DNA from: Octopus bimaculoides
Taxonomy: Eukaryota
Direction: 5' to 3'
NCBI RefSeq assembly: GCF_001194135.2
Contig: NC_069003.1
Span: forward strand, 31,517,191-31,581,190
DNA length: 64,000 nt
Within the stretch, counting starts at the first letter, position 1, and each line of letters opens with the position of its first letter. Under the pieces are notes generated by a model. That model saw nothing but the letters and a program-made list of their open reading frames with translations. It was not told where the DNA came from and made no database searches. The translations under genes and the position numbers were made by a program. Positions 20,549 to 33,704 of the stretch are shown here, piece by piece.

Positions 20549-20779
20549 CAGCTTACATGCTCTCACATACTGCAGTGTATGATATATGATCAAATAATGA
20601 ATGTGTACAGTATAGTCATATGATTGTGCATAGTATCATCAAAAATGATTGTGTATAGTATGATCATAGATATATGACAGTGTATAGTAGCATCAGCTAC
20701 AACTGTATATGGCAGAGTCCTTTACAATTGTGCATAATCATATAATATACGAGGATTGTATATTGTTATTGTCAACATC

Positions 20780-21450
20780 AGTTTGCATTGTACAAACCAT
20801 ATCTCTAAGATTGTCAAGAAGGCTGAGGATGCATTAGCACCACTCTGTAAGACCTTTGTCAGCCACTCTCCAGCTATTTATGACTATGGTATGTCCACAC
20901 TTAGAGTTTGCATTACCAGTCTGGAACCACTGTTTCCAGGAAACTGTTCAGAAACATGCAACCAGATGAATACCCATCGTCAGACATCTACCATACACTG
21001 GACATTTTGTTTCGCTGGGCATGGACACACTAAAGCTCTGACATCTGGCAACTGATTTGGCAGACACCCATAAGATTATCCACCATCTTTCCAACAAGAA
21101 CCTTTGTCTCCTTTTTGAATTCCATATGTCTAACACTCATAGACATACTCACAAAATCAAAAAACAACACAACACCCAAGATTCTCGGAAACATTTTTAC
21201 ATGCTCAGAAAGCACAGAATAAACTACCTGCATTAGTTGTTAGCTGTCAAGACACAACATCCTTCAAAACTTCCATGCTTCCTGAAATTCACCTGATGCA
21301 CCCCACCCCCATTTCTTTCTCTTTTTTTTTTTTTTTGTCTTTTAAAGACTTATTCACTGTTCACTTCCTGTGCATATTCTACGAACTGTTCAGCAGTTTT
21401 GGTTACTTTTTCCAATGAGTTGTGATGCACCTGATCACCGCATACACTAT
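20780..21450 (+). mobile_element. CR1/L2-type LINE 3' remnant (pseudogenised ORF2 C-terminus)
   Basis: Frameshifted translation MVCPHLEFALPVWN..VQKHATR..GMDTLKL*HLATDLADTHKII..HTHKIKKQH..RKHFY..NKLPALVV resembles the CR1 ORF2 end (RPHLEYA..VW..LERVQRRAT..). Confidence 0.75.
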
Positions 21451-21475
21451 GTTCATTATTATAGTGATAGTGGAC

Positions 21476-21692
21476 ACAATTAAACCTTGGGAGAGGCATT
21501 ATGCCGGTAATAAACACACGCACTGGTTCAGTCCTTTATTAATTTATAAACAGTATATAGTTTTTTGTTAAATCATTTCATTGCACTCTTGCAATCTCTT
21601 CAGTAACTTGTCTCTCCACTTCCAATTAATAAAGGACTGAACCAGTGTGTGTGTTTATTACCGGCATAATGCCTCTTCCAAGATTTAATTGT
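21476..21692. mobile_element. Foldback MITE-like element with 69-bp inverted arms and 79-bp spacer
   Basis: Arms 21476-21544 and 21624-21692 differ at 3 positions. No clear TSD. Confidence 0.8.
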
Positions 21693-24411
21693 ATTTCTTT
21701 CAACATACGTATCCACATCAAGAATCTTGCACACGAAATACACATACGAAAAGTGATAGTGGAGTCATAGATAAGATATACAATTTGATGATATAAGCTC
21801 ATATACAGTATGATCATGCAACACAAAAATGATATACATTATGGTTATCTAAAATTATATCTGTATCATACGTAATTACATCCAGTATAGTTATATACTA
21901 ATAGATTATTTGAGCTCCGTATATTAGATGTGTGACTTAAGAATTTCAAGAATGTAGAACTTTAGAAATGTAACAATACCATGTTTTAACATATGTAGCT
22001 TCACAGAAGTATAAGAGGAGTATACAGGCAGAAATGGTAATAAGGGTGTGTGAAGGATAGTGAATAGCTTGTAAGTTAAATGTTAGGAAGTTATAAAGTA
22101 GGTTGCTATATCACATGGTCGTCCGGCGTGACTGTGTGGTTAAGTAATTCACTTTGCAACATTGTTTCATGTTCACTCCCACCATACAGCATCTTGGACA
22201 AGTGTTGCCTGAAATTTGGTAGACAGAAACTGGGTAAGCACTTTCCATCCTGTTGTAGGCAATATGTGTTTTTTTGTGGAGACCGGGGCCGGCAAATAGA
22301 AGGGCTGCCCTGAGTGGCACTCACTCTAGCTACACTAGTGAGTCACAGTCTTTTCAAATTTTTGCTGCATTTTGGAATTTTAGGTCCTCCGAAGTCAGCT
22401 TGGTGTATAAGTCGACCTACCTTTTAGCTTAGTCTGAAAAATTCAGCTTGTATGCCAGAAAATACTGCATTTTATCAAATAAAGACAGATGAAAAGCAAA
22501 GCTGACTTCAGTAAGATTTGAGTTCAGAATGCAGAGAGCCAAAATGAAGGCCACAATCTATGAGCTTTTCTAACTCACTGCTAACTCACTACCTAGGAAT
22601 TACTTTCTATCCTAAATAGTGATAATGGTGTTATTCATCATCATCATCATCTTCATGTAATGTCCATTGTCTCTGCTGGCATGGGTTGGACGGTTTGACC
22701 AGGGCTGATAAGCTGAGGGGCTGCACCAGACTCCAGTCTCATTTGGCATGGTTTCTCCAGCTTCCTAACACCAAACACTCTAAGAGTGTAATGGGTGCTT
22801 TTGCTTGCCACCGGCACAGGTGCCAGTTGCATGACGCCAGCATCTGTCACAACTATGATTTCACTTGGCTTGATGGGTCTTCAACCAAAAATCAGCTCTA
22901 ATCAATGTAACTTATCGTCAAAAGACATTCAAGCTATGAACAACTCATTATTTTCAGTGAATCAGGGACCATAAATATGTTCTTCCATTAAAAAAGATTT
23001 TTTTTTTAATCAGCAACTCATGAACCTGTTTTGTACCATGGACTGGTTTGATGCCAGACAATTTTTCTATGGACTGGGGCAACCAGGTGCATAACAAAAC
23101 GCAACAAAGTGCATAATATATAATGCATATAAATTACATATATTCACGACATTTATAATGTAATAACACTCTTCAGATTGCAATAGTCAATAAAATAGAA
23201 ACAGAATTAAAAAATTTATTCTTCCTGTGCAACCTAGTGTCAAATGATACAGGGTCAGGTACTGGTTTGTAGCCTGTTGATTGGGGACCCCTGATTTACA
23301 GGAAATTTGGCCATTATTTTCAGTACAGAGCTTTCTACGTAGCATGTATATCTAGTAAACACTTGTTTTACTGGTTTTGAGTCATTGGATTGTGGCCATG
23401 TTGAGGCATCACCTTGAATAGTTTTAGTCAATTACATATACCACAATAGTCCGATATGTATTTCATTGTTCACCAAAGATATGAAAAACAAAATGGACAT
23501 TCCTGTTTGAATGTACTGGCTCTCACACCATGTTGGCATAAAGATAAATAAATTGATCTCTGTTAGTTTCATTATGAATTTTCAGTTGTCTGATCAACTG
23601 ACTTACCCATTCATCTGAATTAGTATATGATGAATACTCCATGAGCATTTATGGACAAGTATACCCTTAACATGATCGTTTGGAATTAGCCTGGTGCAGT
23701 TTGTGACAAGGCGGTACCTTTATATTGGTTTCAGATTTTGGCACAAAGCCAGCAAGTTAGAGAGAGTGAGTAATTTGATTACATCAACTGGTACCATGCA
23801 GGAATGGGTTGGATGGGTCTTATTCAGCACTGCTCCACACCATTTGTTGTAACCACTTGTAATGTATTTGCCAGTGTATAAGACTTGCTCTCACATAAGG
23901 CAAATCCCTAATTTTTTATGGACCCCCCCCCCCCCTGATAAATTTAATGTTTCACCATATACCTCATACATTTGATATCCTATTCGAAATACAGTTGCAT
24001 TAGATGCATGGTGATTTTTTGTTATATTTAAGAACAAAAGAAATGCATCTAATACATGGAGGCACATGGCTTAGTGGTTAGAGTGTTGGACTCATGATCA
24101 TAGGAGTGTGGTTTTGATTCCTGGGTCAGGCAATGTGTTGTGTTTTTTAGCAAAAACAAAAAGAAAATAGCAACTCATTTCACATTGCTCCAGTCCACTC
24201 AGTTGGCAAAAAAGAGTAATCTTGTGACAGACCGGCATCCCTTCCAGGAAGGGCTATACATGCCAGAGAAACAAGAAAACCAGCCCTATGTGGGCTAACC
24301 ATCTCATACATTATCATATACAGCAATGTCCTTCCTTAGAGTCTGTTTCCTGGGACCAATCTTCACGTCTTCCTCAGTCAGAAATATAGGATGGCTATGT
24401 TTAGAACATCT

Positions 24412-24640
24412 TTAACCCTTTAGCATTTAAACCGGCCATATCCGGCCAAAAGTATTCTGCCTGTTTTGTGTTCAAACTGGCCAGATCTGGTCTCTCACAC
24501 CAACCCTACAACATTGTTTTAAAAATTAGCAGCTACCTCATCAAAATCTCATAGCTACAAGATAATGCATGATTGGTTCAAAAGAATGTGGATGAAAAAG
24601 CATTAATTTTGGCAGAATAATGCAAACACTAAAGGGTTAA
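24412..24640. mobile_element. piggyBac-type MITE
   Basis: TTAACCCTTTAGCATT ... ACACTAAAGGGTTAA. Confidence 0.8.
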
Positions 24641-25346
24641 TCATAAATCGACTGGGTTATAACTGACCTGTGGTTAAACAGCAACAACAACAAATAGATT
24701 TGTTTACTTCTTTGCCATCAGTAAAAAGAAGAATGACAGGAATTTATAACTTTCTTATGAAGTGGATAAGAAAAAAAACAAACTGGGTCAGCTGAAATAG
24801 TTTTTGATAGAAACTATAGGTACTACCCACCACCACCACCACCATCACCATCTCCTGCAACCACCTTCCTCCTTGAAGGAACCCAATCACTGGCTGACAC
24901 TCATCGACAATTAAATGAACATCAGGTTTCTTTCTTAAAACTTCTTTTGTGAAAAATAAAAGTTACTTCGTGTTCAACAACAATAAATACACTCCTTTTC
25001 AAAATGAGGAGTGTGGTGAGTGATAAAGTCGACATACAAAGAAATGACACAAAATTTATTAAATTATTTCAGAACAGGTTTCTATGTTGTTTATTTTCAT
25101 GTCAGCTCCTAAGTAGATCCCTGATCAAAAAGAAATTCAAGGCCTTAAAACTACATTATCTGATATGTTTCGACCACCACTGTTTTCTCTTTTAAGGGGT
25201 TAGGATGCAGTTGAGGAAGATTTGGCTGCTATTTCTAGCAGGATTATCAATCACATAAATCAGTGGTTTCCAACTTTTTTACTACCAAGGACCCCTTTTA
25301 TTTAAATGAGTTTGCTCACAGATCCCTTTTAATATGCTTCTCCTTA

Positions 25347-25419
<73 letters not shown>

Positions 25420-25578
25420 CANNNNNNNNNNNNNNNNNNNNNNNNNNNNNNNNNNNNNNNNNNNNNNNNNNNNNNNNNNNNNNNNNNNNNNNNNNNNNNN
25501 NNNNNNNNNNNNNNNNNNNNNNNNNNNNNNNNNNNNNNNNNNNNNNNNNNNNNNNNNNNNNNNNNNNNNNNNNNNNNN

Positions 25579-25615
<37 letters not shown>

Positions 25616-27409
25616 TGGTTGGTAAGCAACCATGTGGTTGCAAACTAGCCACATGGTTCTGGGTTCAGTCCTACTGTGTGGCACCTTGGGCAAGTGTCTT
25701 CTACTATAGTCTTGACCCAACCAAATACATACACACATATATAAAAACATTACGCCCATTATTATATTAGAAGATATTATTAAGGCGCCGAGCTGGCAGA
25801 ACCGTTAGCACACCAGGCAAAATGCTTCTGTCTGCCCTTCATGTTCTGAGTTCAAATGCTGCCAGAGTCGACTTTGCCTTTCATCCTTTTAGGGTCAATA
25901 AATTAAGTTCCAGTTACACACTGGGGTCAATGTGATCAACTGGTCACCTCCCCCAAAATTTCAGGCCTTGTGCATATAGTAGAAAGGATTATTAAATATT
26001 AGCAGGAATTGTATAAAAGGAATTGATAAAATATTTTGTGTTTCGTAGAAGTATAACCAATTTATTGCAGATAAATTTCAAGAACAAAATCTTATGTGAA
26101 CCCTGGTTGAGAACCACTGATTTAAACCAACCATATCCAGCTCAAATATTCTAACTGTTTTATGTTTAAATTGGCTAGATCTGGTTTCTCACACCTGTCC
26201 TACAATGTCATTCTAAAAATAAACAATTAACATCACTGAAGTCTCAAAGCTCAAAGATAAAGTATGATTATTCAGAGACAATGTGAATAAATAAGCATTG
26301 CATTTGACAGAGTCATTTGAATGCTAAAGGATTAAGAAGTAGCAAATTGGTGAAGCCATTATAAGATAAGCTGCCTTGTGGCATACAAACGAAATGTGTA
26401 GTGGCCTTTTGTTTGTCTTTACAGTCTGAGTTCAAATTCCACCGAGGTCAACTTTGCCTTTCAACATTTCAAGGTTGATTAAAATAAGTACAGCTGGGTA
26501 CTGGGGTTGATATAATCAACTAGGCCCCCCCACCTCTTACCTCCCTCCAAATTCCAGGCCTTGTGCCTATAGAAGAAAGAGAGATATATATGTGCCAGTT
26601 CTTTGTGCCCTGTGTTTAACCACCACCAACATCACCACTGCTGCCACTGCCACTACTACAACCACCACTAACAAACATGACCCATGACCACTGACCACTG
26701 ACACCAACAATAACAACAAACAGTTTCATTGTTTGTTGTTGTTATTGACTATTTTCTTTAGCCAATACAGTGATTGCTTATAAGCTTTAAGCTCATTAAA
26801 TATCATTATTATTATTATTTACAGAAGTGTAAAACTTAGCACTGCTTATCAAATCATAGCAGAAAATACACACGCCTGTTTATAGCTACACTGACGTTGC
26901 AACTTTTGTAGAAGCGAGTGAGATGTAAACAAACACACAAATACACACACACGCGATTGTTTTCTGTGGTTTGAAAGTAAACTGCTTAATAACATTGGCA
27001 TGCCCCGACCGCACTAGCTCTTATCTTTTACCTGTTTCAGTCACTGGACTGCAGCCATTCTGGGGCACTTGCTTTGAAGGGGTTTTAGCCGAATGAAGCA
27101 ACCCCAGTACTAATTTTTCGAAGTTTGGCACTCTTATTTTATCAGTCTCCTTTGCCGAAACACTATGTATGTTATGGGGACATAAACAAACCAACACTGG
27201 TTGTCAAGTGTTGGTTGGGGAACAAACTGGGGTTGATTTCTTTGACTAAACCCCTCAAGGTGGTGCCCCAACATGGTTGCAATCAAATGACAGAAACAAG
27301 TAAAAGATACACGAGGTTAACCCTTTTCCAAGCTACAATAGTCTACAAGGTGAGGGTTTTAGCTCCAGTTATTATCCTAAGATGTAAGCCCTTCACAGAT
27401 GATTTAGCT

Positions 27410-27710
27410 CATTGGTTCTCAACTGGGGTCCATATAGCCTCTGAGGGTCTATATAAGATTTTGTGGGGTTCAAGCAACAAAACAGGTATTTTAAGGGCTC
27501 TTGAAAAAGCAGTTTGTTTTAGATGTATTCATTGGTATGTATTGTAAAAAAAACAGCTAGGCTTCTTTCTCTCACATTTTTACAAAGTTCAACCTACACA
27601 AGTTAATATGAGAAAAACAAAATAGGAATTTTGAAAGAAGTTTTGAGGGTCTACCAGAATAAAATAGTAATCAAAGGGGTCCATAGATATAAAATGGTTG
27701 AGAATCCCTG
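27410..27710. mobile_element. hAT-type MITE with 8-bp TSD ATTTAGCT
   Basis: TIRs CATTGGTTCTCAAC / GTTGAGAATCCCTG, with TSD at 27402-27409 and 27711-27718. Related ends occur at 19390, 25261, 26119, 33250 and 59826. Confidence 0.85.
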
Positions 27711-27799
27711 ATTTAGCTGAACAGCAGAATGTAAGAAAATCACATGTCAATAAATGATTAGAACAAAAAAATTTGCAAAGTGGAATAAATTATTTTACC

Positions 27800-28100
27800 A
27801 TGAGAAAGAGGAAATATGGGTGGAGCCCTTCATCAGAAAGAGATGAAATGATAACTTACAGGTGACTTGAGAAAAGTCTGATGCAATTTCCCAACAGGTG
27901 GGTTAATTGAAGCAAGCTAGATTTAGGCCTCCTGCCTTGTTGAACTGAGGTAGTCTAATTTGATACAATGACTTGAACTGGAGCCACTGCATTCACATGT
28001 GACATATACAAGCCAATAGATGATTGTCCTACATTCAGTAACAGGATATGGTGAGAAGAATGCTGTGTTCACCACATACAACTATGACCTGTACTAGCAA
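27800..28100 (-). mobile_element. Penelope-like element 3' remnant
   Basis: The minus frame reads KSLYQIRLPQFNKAGGLNLACFN-stop (like GIY-YIG C-terminal ..P.LNRxGGL). It is followed by CTGATGA-A-GGG-CTCCA-CCC lacking GAAA. Confidence 0.4.
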
Positions 28101-31100
28101 ATGGAAGCTGGTCTAGTCCAATGGTTTGCAAACACTTTTTGTTTATGAACCTGTTTGGTATCTGTTTTAATCTACTGGATCCCCCCATAGCCATTTAATT
28201 GTTTGTAAAAATCCCATTATATTTTTACAATTAAATATTATTAAGAATTGTTAAAAAAAAAATATTGCTAAAATATTTTGTGTATTGTAGATATATTCTT
28301 TTTTTTTTTTCTCTTAACTTGTTTCAGTCATTAGACTGTGGCCATGCTGGGGCATAGCCTTCAATTTTTAGTCAAATGAATTGACTCCAGTACTTATTTT
28401 TTTAAAGCCTGGTACTTATTCTATCAGTCTCTTTTGGCGAACTGCTAAGTTACAGGGACTCAAACACACCAACACTGGTTGTCAAGCAATTGTGGGGAGA
28501 CAAAAGGACACACACACATGATGGGCTTCTTTCAGTTTACATCTAACAAATTCACTCACAAGGCTTTAGTTAGCCCAAGGCTATAGAAAAAAGACACTTG
28601 CCCAAAGTACCATGCAGTGGGATTGAACTCAGAGCCATGAGNNNNNNNNNNNNNNNNNNNNNNNNNNNNNNNNNNNNNNNNNNNNNNNNNNNNNNNNNNN
28701 NNNNNNNNNNNNNNNNNNNNNNNNNNNNNNNNNNNNNNNNNNNNNNNNNNNNNNNNNNNNNNNNNNNNNNNNNNNNNNNNNNNNNNNNNNNNNNNNNNNN
28801 NNNNNNNNNNNNNNNNNNNNNNNNNNNNNNNNNNNNNNNNNNNNNNNNNNNNNNNNNNNNNNNNNNNNNNNNNNNNNNNNNNNNNNNNNNNNNNNNNNNN
28901 NNNNNNNNNNNNNNNNNNNNNNNNNNNNNNNNNNNNNNNNNNNNNNNNNNNNNNNNNNNNNNNNNNNNNNNNNNNNNNNNNNNNNNNNNNNNNNNNNNNN
29001 NNNNNNNNNNNNNNNNNNNNNNNNNNNNNNNNNNNNNNNNNNNNNNNNNNNNNNNNNNNNNNNNNNNNNGCACCGCCTTTAGTCGAGCAAATCGACCCCA
29101 GGACTTATTCTTTGTAAGCCTAGTACTTATTCTATTGGTCTCTTTTTGCTGAACCACTAAGTTACGGGGACATAAACACACCAGCATCAGTTGTCAAGCG
29201 AAGTTGGGGGCGACAAATACAGACACAGAAACATATACACACACATACATATATATGTATACATATATACGACAGGCTTCTTTCAGTTTCCATCTACCAA
29301 ATCCACTCACAAGGCTTTGGTCGGCCCGAGGCTATAGTAGAAGAACACTTGCCCAAGGTGCCACGCAGTGGGACTGAACCCAGAACCATGTGGTTGGTAA
29401 GCAAGCTACTTACCACACAGCCACTCCTATACCACCTTTAGTGTTGTAAATACATTCTAGGATGGGTGGAAGAAATAAATTACCCACAGAAATAAAAAGA
29501 AAAAAAAACAGGTTTTATAATAAAAGCTCCTTACAGTGAAGAATAATGTTAAAAATGCTGATAAAAAATTTTAAACTTTGATCACTGCAGATTTTTTGTA
29601 GTAAAACTTGTTGAGAAAAGGGAGGTGGAATTTATGTCATCTTTGAATAGACGAGACATGCCTAATGGAAGAAATGGTTGGATAAATATATAAATATATC
29701 CTTGACATGGTTGTTTATGTAGTCTAGGTTTTATAGAAATGCAACTATATTCTTTTATTCGATTCAGTCGTCGGACTGTGGCCATGCAGGAGCACCTCCT
29801 TGAAGTGTTTAGTTGAAGAAATCTTTCCTAGTACCTTTTTTTTTTTTTTTTAACATCTGGTACTTGTTCTGTTCATTCTTTTGGCTAAGTTATGGGGATA
29901 TAAGCAAACCAACACCAGTTTTCAAGAAGTGGAGATAGCAGGTGTTGGTTTGTTTCCATCCCCATAACTTACTAGTTCAGCAAAAGAGACTGATAGAATA
30001 AATTACGAGGCTTTAAAAGTTAAGCAAGGGAATCAATTTGTTTGAAAAAAAACACTTCAAGATGGTGTCCCAGAATGGCTGCAATCCAATGACTGAAACC
30101 AGTAAAAGATAAAAGACAGTTACAGATAAAGGACTCGGTGAACATTTACCTGAAATGTTGTGACGTAGTCATTTATTTATACACTAAATAAACCTCAAAT
30201 AAGGGTTTATAAGGTGATCTGCACTTTATACTAAAAACAAGAAAGACAGCATAGTGCAGTAGTGTTGGTGGTGGTGGTGATGCTGATGGCGGTGGAGGTA
30301 AAGTTAGTGGTGGCTGTAGTGACGATGATAGCAAGAGAGTAGAGGTAGAAATAATATTGGAAGTAGTGGTGATGGTAGCGGTGGTGGTGGTGGTGGTGGT
30401 GGTGGTGTTAGAANNNNNNNNNNNNNNNNNNNNNNNNNNNNNNNNNNNNNNNNNNNNNNNNNNNNNNNNNNNNNNNNNNNNNNNNNNNNNNNNNNNNNNN
30501 NNNNNNNNNNNNNNNNNNNNNNNNNNNNNNNNNNNNNNNNNNNNNNNNNNNNNNNNNNNNNNNNNNNNNNNNNNNNNNNNNNNNNNNNNNNNNNNNNNNN
30601 NNNNNNNNNNNNNNNNNNNNNNNNNNNNNNNNNNNNNNNNNNNNNNNNNNNNNNNNNNNNNNNNNNNNNNNNNNNNNNNNNNNNNNNNNNNNNNNNNNNN
30701 NNNNNNNNNNNNNNNNNNNNNNNNNNNNNNNNNNNNNNNNNNNNNNNNNNNNNNNNNNNNNNNNNNNNNNNNNNNNNNNNNNNNNNNNNNNNNNNNNNNN
30801 NNNNNNNNNNNNNNNNNNNNNNNNNNNNNNNNNNNNNNNNNNNNNNNNNNNNNNNNNNNNNNNNNNNNNNNNNNNNNNNNNNNNNNNNNNNNNNNNNNNN
30901 NNNNNNNNNNNNNNNNNNNNNNNNNNNNNNNNNNNNNNNNNNNNNNNNNNNNNNNNNNNNNNNGGGGGGGGGGGTGCGTTATGTTGTGGTAATAAGGTGA
31001 AAGAGGTAGAGAAGGTGTGGAGCAAGTGACTGAGTAGTAGTTAATAGAACAGAGAGGAGGTAGCAGTTAGTAACAAGTGTATAGTGGTGGGGGTGAGGTT

Positions 31101-31284
31101 ATGGTGTGGAAAAATACTGTCTTAGCCCAAACTGATAATTATATTTCATAAAAACAAAAATTTAAACGTTAAGTTGAAGAAAAAGCTTCGTAATACTTGA
31201 GAGTGTGTTTATAACAACAGCAACAATGAATTATGTAAATAATTTGATTAGGATAGGAGCAAGTGTGGCTATGTGGTAAGAAGT

Positions 31285-31527
31285 GGTAAGGCGGTGAGCT
31301 GGCAGAAACGTTAGCACACCGGGCGAAATGCTTAGTGGTATTTCAGCTGTCTTTACGTTCTGAGTTCAAATTCCGCCGAGGTCGACTTTGCCTTTCAGCC
31401 TTTCAGGGTCGATAAATTAAGTACCAGTTACGCACTGGTGTCGATGTGATCGACTTAATCCCTTTGTCTGTCCTTGTTTGTCCCTTCTATGTTTAGCCCC
31501 CTTGTGGGCAATAAAGAAATAAGAAGT
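31285..31527 (+). mobile_element. tRNA-derived SINE family B, full length, inserted in the head of a family A SINE
   Basis: TSD TAAGAAGT at 31277-31284 and 31520-31527. Core GTCGACTTTGCCTTTCATCCTTTCGGGGTCGATAAATTAAGTACCAG. Other copies occur at 13530-14120 (three), 17030-17420, 25782, 26345, 37737, 46185-46562 (-) and 59966. Confidence 0.88.
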
Positions 31528-32757
31528 CTGCTTCCCGACCACATGGTTCTGAGTTCAGTCCCACTGCATGGCACCTTCGGTAAATGTTGATACTACAGCT
31601 CCAGGGCCGACCAAAGCCTTGTAAGTCTCTCACTACTGCTTGACAACTCATGTTGGTTTGTTTACATCTCTGTAACTGAGTGGTTTGGCAAAAAGAGACT
31701 GATAGAATAAATACCAGGATTCAAAATAAGTACTTGGGCCAGAGCCTCATGGAGGCAAAGAGGTTGAGTTCCTTTCGAGCGTTAGGCCTCAAGGAAGCAA
31801 TGTCTGACACTTTTGGCATTATGTTGTGCTTGAGAAGAAGACCCATCAAGCTGAGCAAAATCGCAGTTGTGGCAGATACCAGTGTCATGCTGGTGGCACA
31901 TAAAAACACCCTGGAGTCACGCAAATGGCACCTGTGCCAGCAGCATGTGAAAGCAACCATTGCACTCTCAGAGTGGTTGGCATTAGGAAGGGCATCCATC
32001 CGTAGACAACCATGCCAAATCAGACTGGAGTCTGGCGCAGCCTTCCAGCATGGAAACTGTCCAACCCATGCCAGCATGGACAATGGACATTAAATAATGA
32101 TTATGATGATGAACTTTTCAAAGTGGTGCCCCAGCATGGTCGTACCCTGAAGACTGAAACAAGTAAAAAGAATGGTAAAAGCAAAAGATGTGGGTGCATG
32201 TCTTTGTGTTTGTTCCCCGTCACCAGTTGTCAACTGGTGCTGGTTTGTTTACATCCATGTAGCTTAGTAGTTTGGCACGAGAAGTACCAGGGTTGATTTG
32301 TTCGACTAAAACCCTAGCATGGCCACAGTCAAATGACTGAAAGACAAAAGATACCAAATCTGTGTTATTGAGTAGAGAAGGATGGGTAAGAACCATGATG
32401 AAGATTAAGTATTGTTTAGTCCTAGATCAGCCCTGATCCAATAGGCTTAAAAGATCAAAGGTCTTCAGAGGATTAATGTTTGCAGTAGTAGTGGTGATGA
32501 TGTTGCTTGGTCCCAGATCAGCCCTGATCCAGTAAGCCTATCACCAAAGGTGTTTCCGCTGTTAACCATCCTATCTGTTAAGGTGAAGTGTACCTAGAGC
32601 AGCATTGTTGAAAATGTTCTCTTTTTCAGAAGCTCACTTTGCAGTCATGTGGTTTCAGGTTCAGTCCCGCTGCGTGGTACCTTCGGTAAGTGTTTCTATA
32701 TAACCCCAGGTTGGCCAATGCCTTGTGAGAGAATTCGGTAGACGGAAACTGTGAGAG

Positions 32758-32889
32758 CACCATATTTCATTCCATAACTACCATCTCTGAAGAGTGCAGG
32801 GTTACATAACTGGACTGTTACCTAACATTCTGTTGAGCCCCTTGTGCAAAACCAATTGGTAAGATCAGCCATAATGGATATATTATACT
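32758..32889 (+). ncRNA. Type I hammerhead ribozyme repeat, copy 4 (single core lesion G12A)
   Basis: ATCT-CTGAAGA(32787-32793)-GTGCAGGGTT..CCCTTGTGC-AAA-ACC-AATT-GGT-A-AGAT. Confidence 0.7.
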
Positions 32890-32892
32890 ATA

Positions 32893-32940
<48 letters not shown>

Positions 32941-33704
32941 ATTGTATGCCTTTGTATTTGTCCCTTCCCCCACTGCTTGACAATCAATGTTTGTTTGCTC
33001 ATGTCCCTGTAACTTAGTAGTTCAGTACAAGAGACCAATAGAATAAGTACTGAACTTAGAAAATAAATGCTGGGAGTAATTTCTTCAACTAAATCCTTCA
33101 TGGTAGTACCCCAGTATGACCATAGTTCAATGACTGAAACAAGTGGGACTGAACCCAGGACCATGTGGTTGAGAAGCAAACAAATGCTTAATAGGGTCCA
33201 GTTGAGTAAAATAGGAATCATAAGGGTCGATAGGCAAAAAAATGGTTGAGAACCATTGTTGCAGTGTGTCCATCCCGTGATACCAGATATTGATCATTGT
33301 CTGTAGTACCCTGTTTTTTTTTTGTCGTGGCAGTAGTAGTAGTAGTAGTAGTAGAAGTGATGGTTGTGGTTGTGGTAGTGGAAATGGTCGTGTCAATAGT
33401 GCTGTAGGTGGTGGTGGTGGTGGTGGTGATGTCATGGTATGAATGTAGACCACTCTCCACTATCCTATTGAGTTGGCCAGTCAGTAAAACCTCTACTACC
33501 ACCTTACTAAGATGACCGCTCTGTAAATCTCTACCACCACCACCACCACTCTACTAACCTCACCAGCTGCAGTTCTCTCAATAGCATTGAATCACTGTAA
33601 AAACCAACCGACGAAACAATGCAAGTCAATACAACTAAACAGAAGTATATTACCTATAAATGTTACTATCTGCATAAAGCAAACAGCACAAGTTGAAGTT
33701 AATA

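Noticed and set aside
25261-26119. Single hAT element spanning these TIR-like ends
   Set aside because: The 8-bp flanks (ACATAAAT vs ATTTAAAC) do not match as a TSD, so I did not call it as one intact element.
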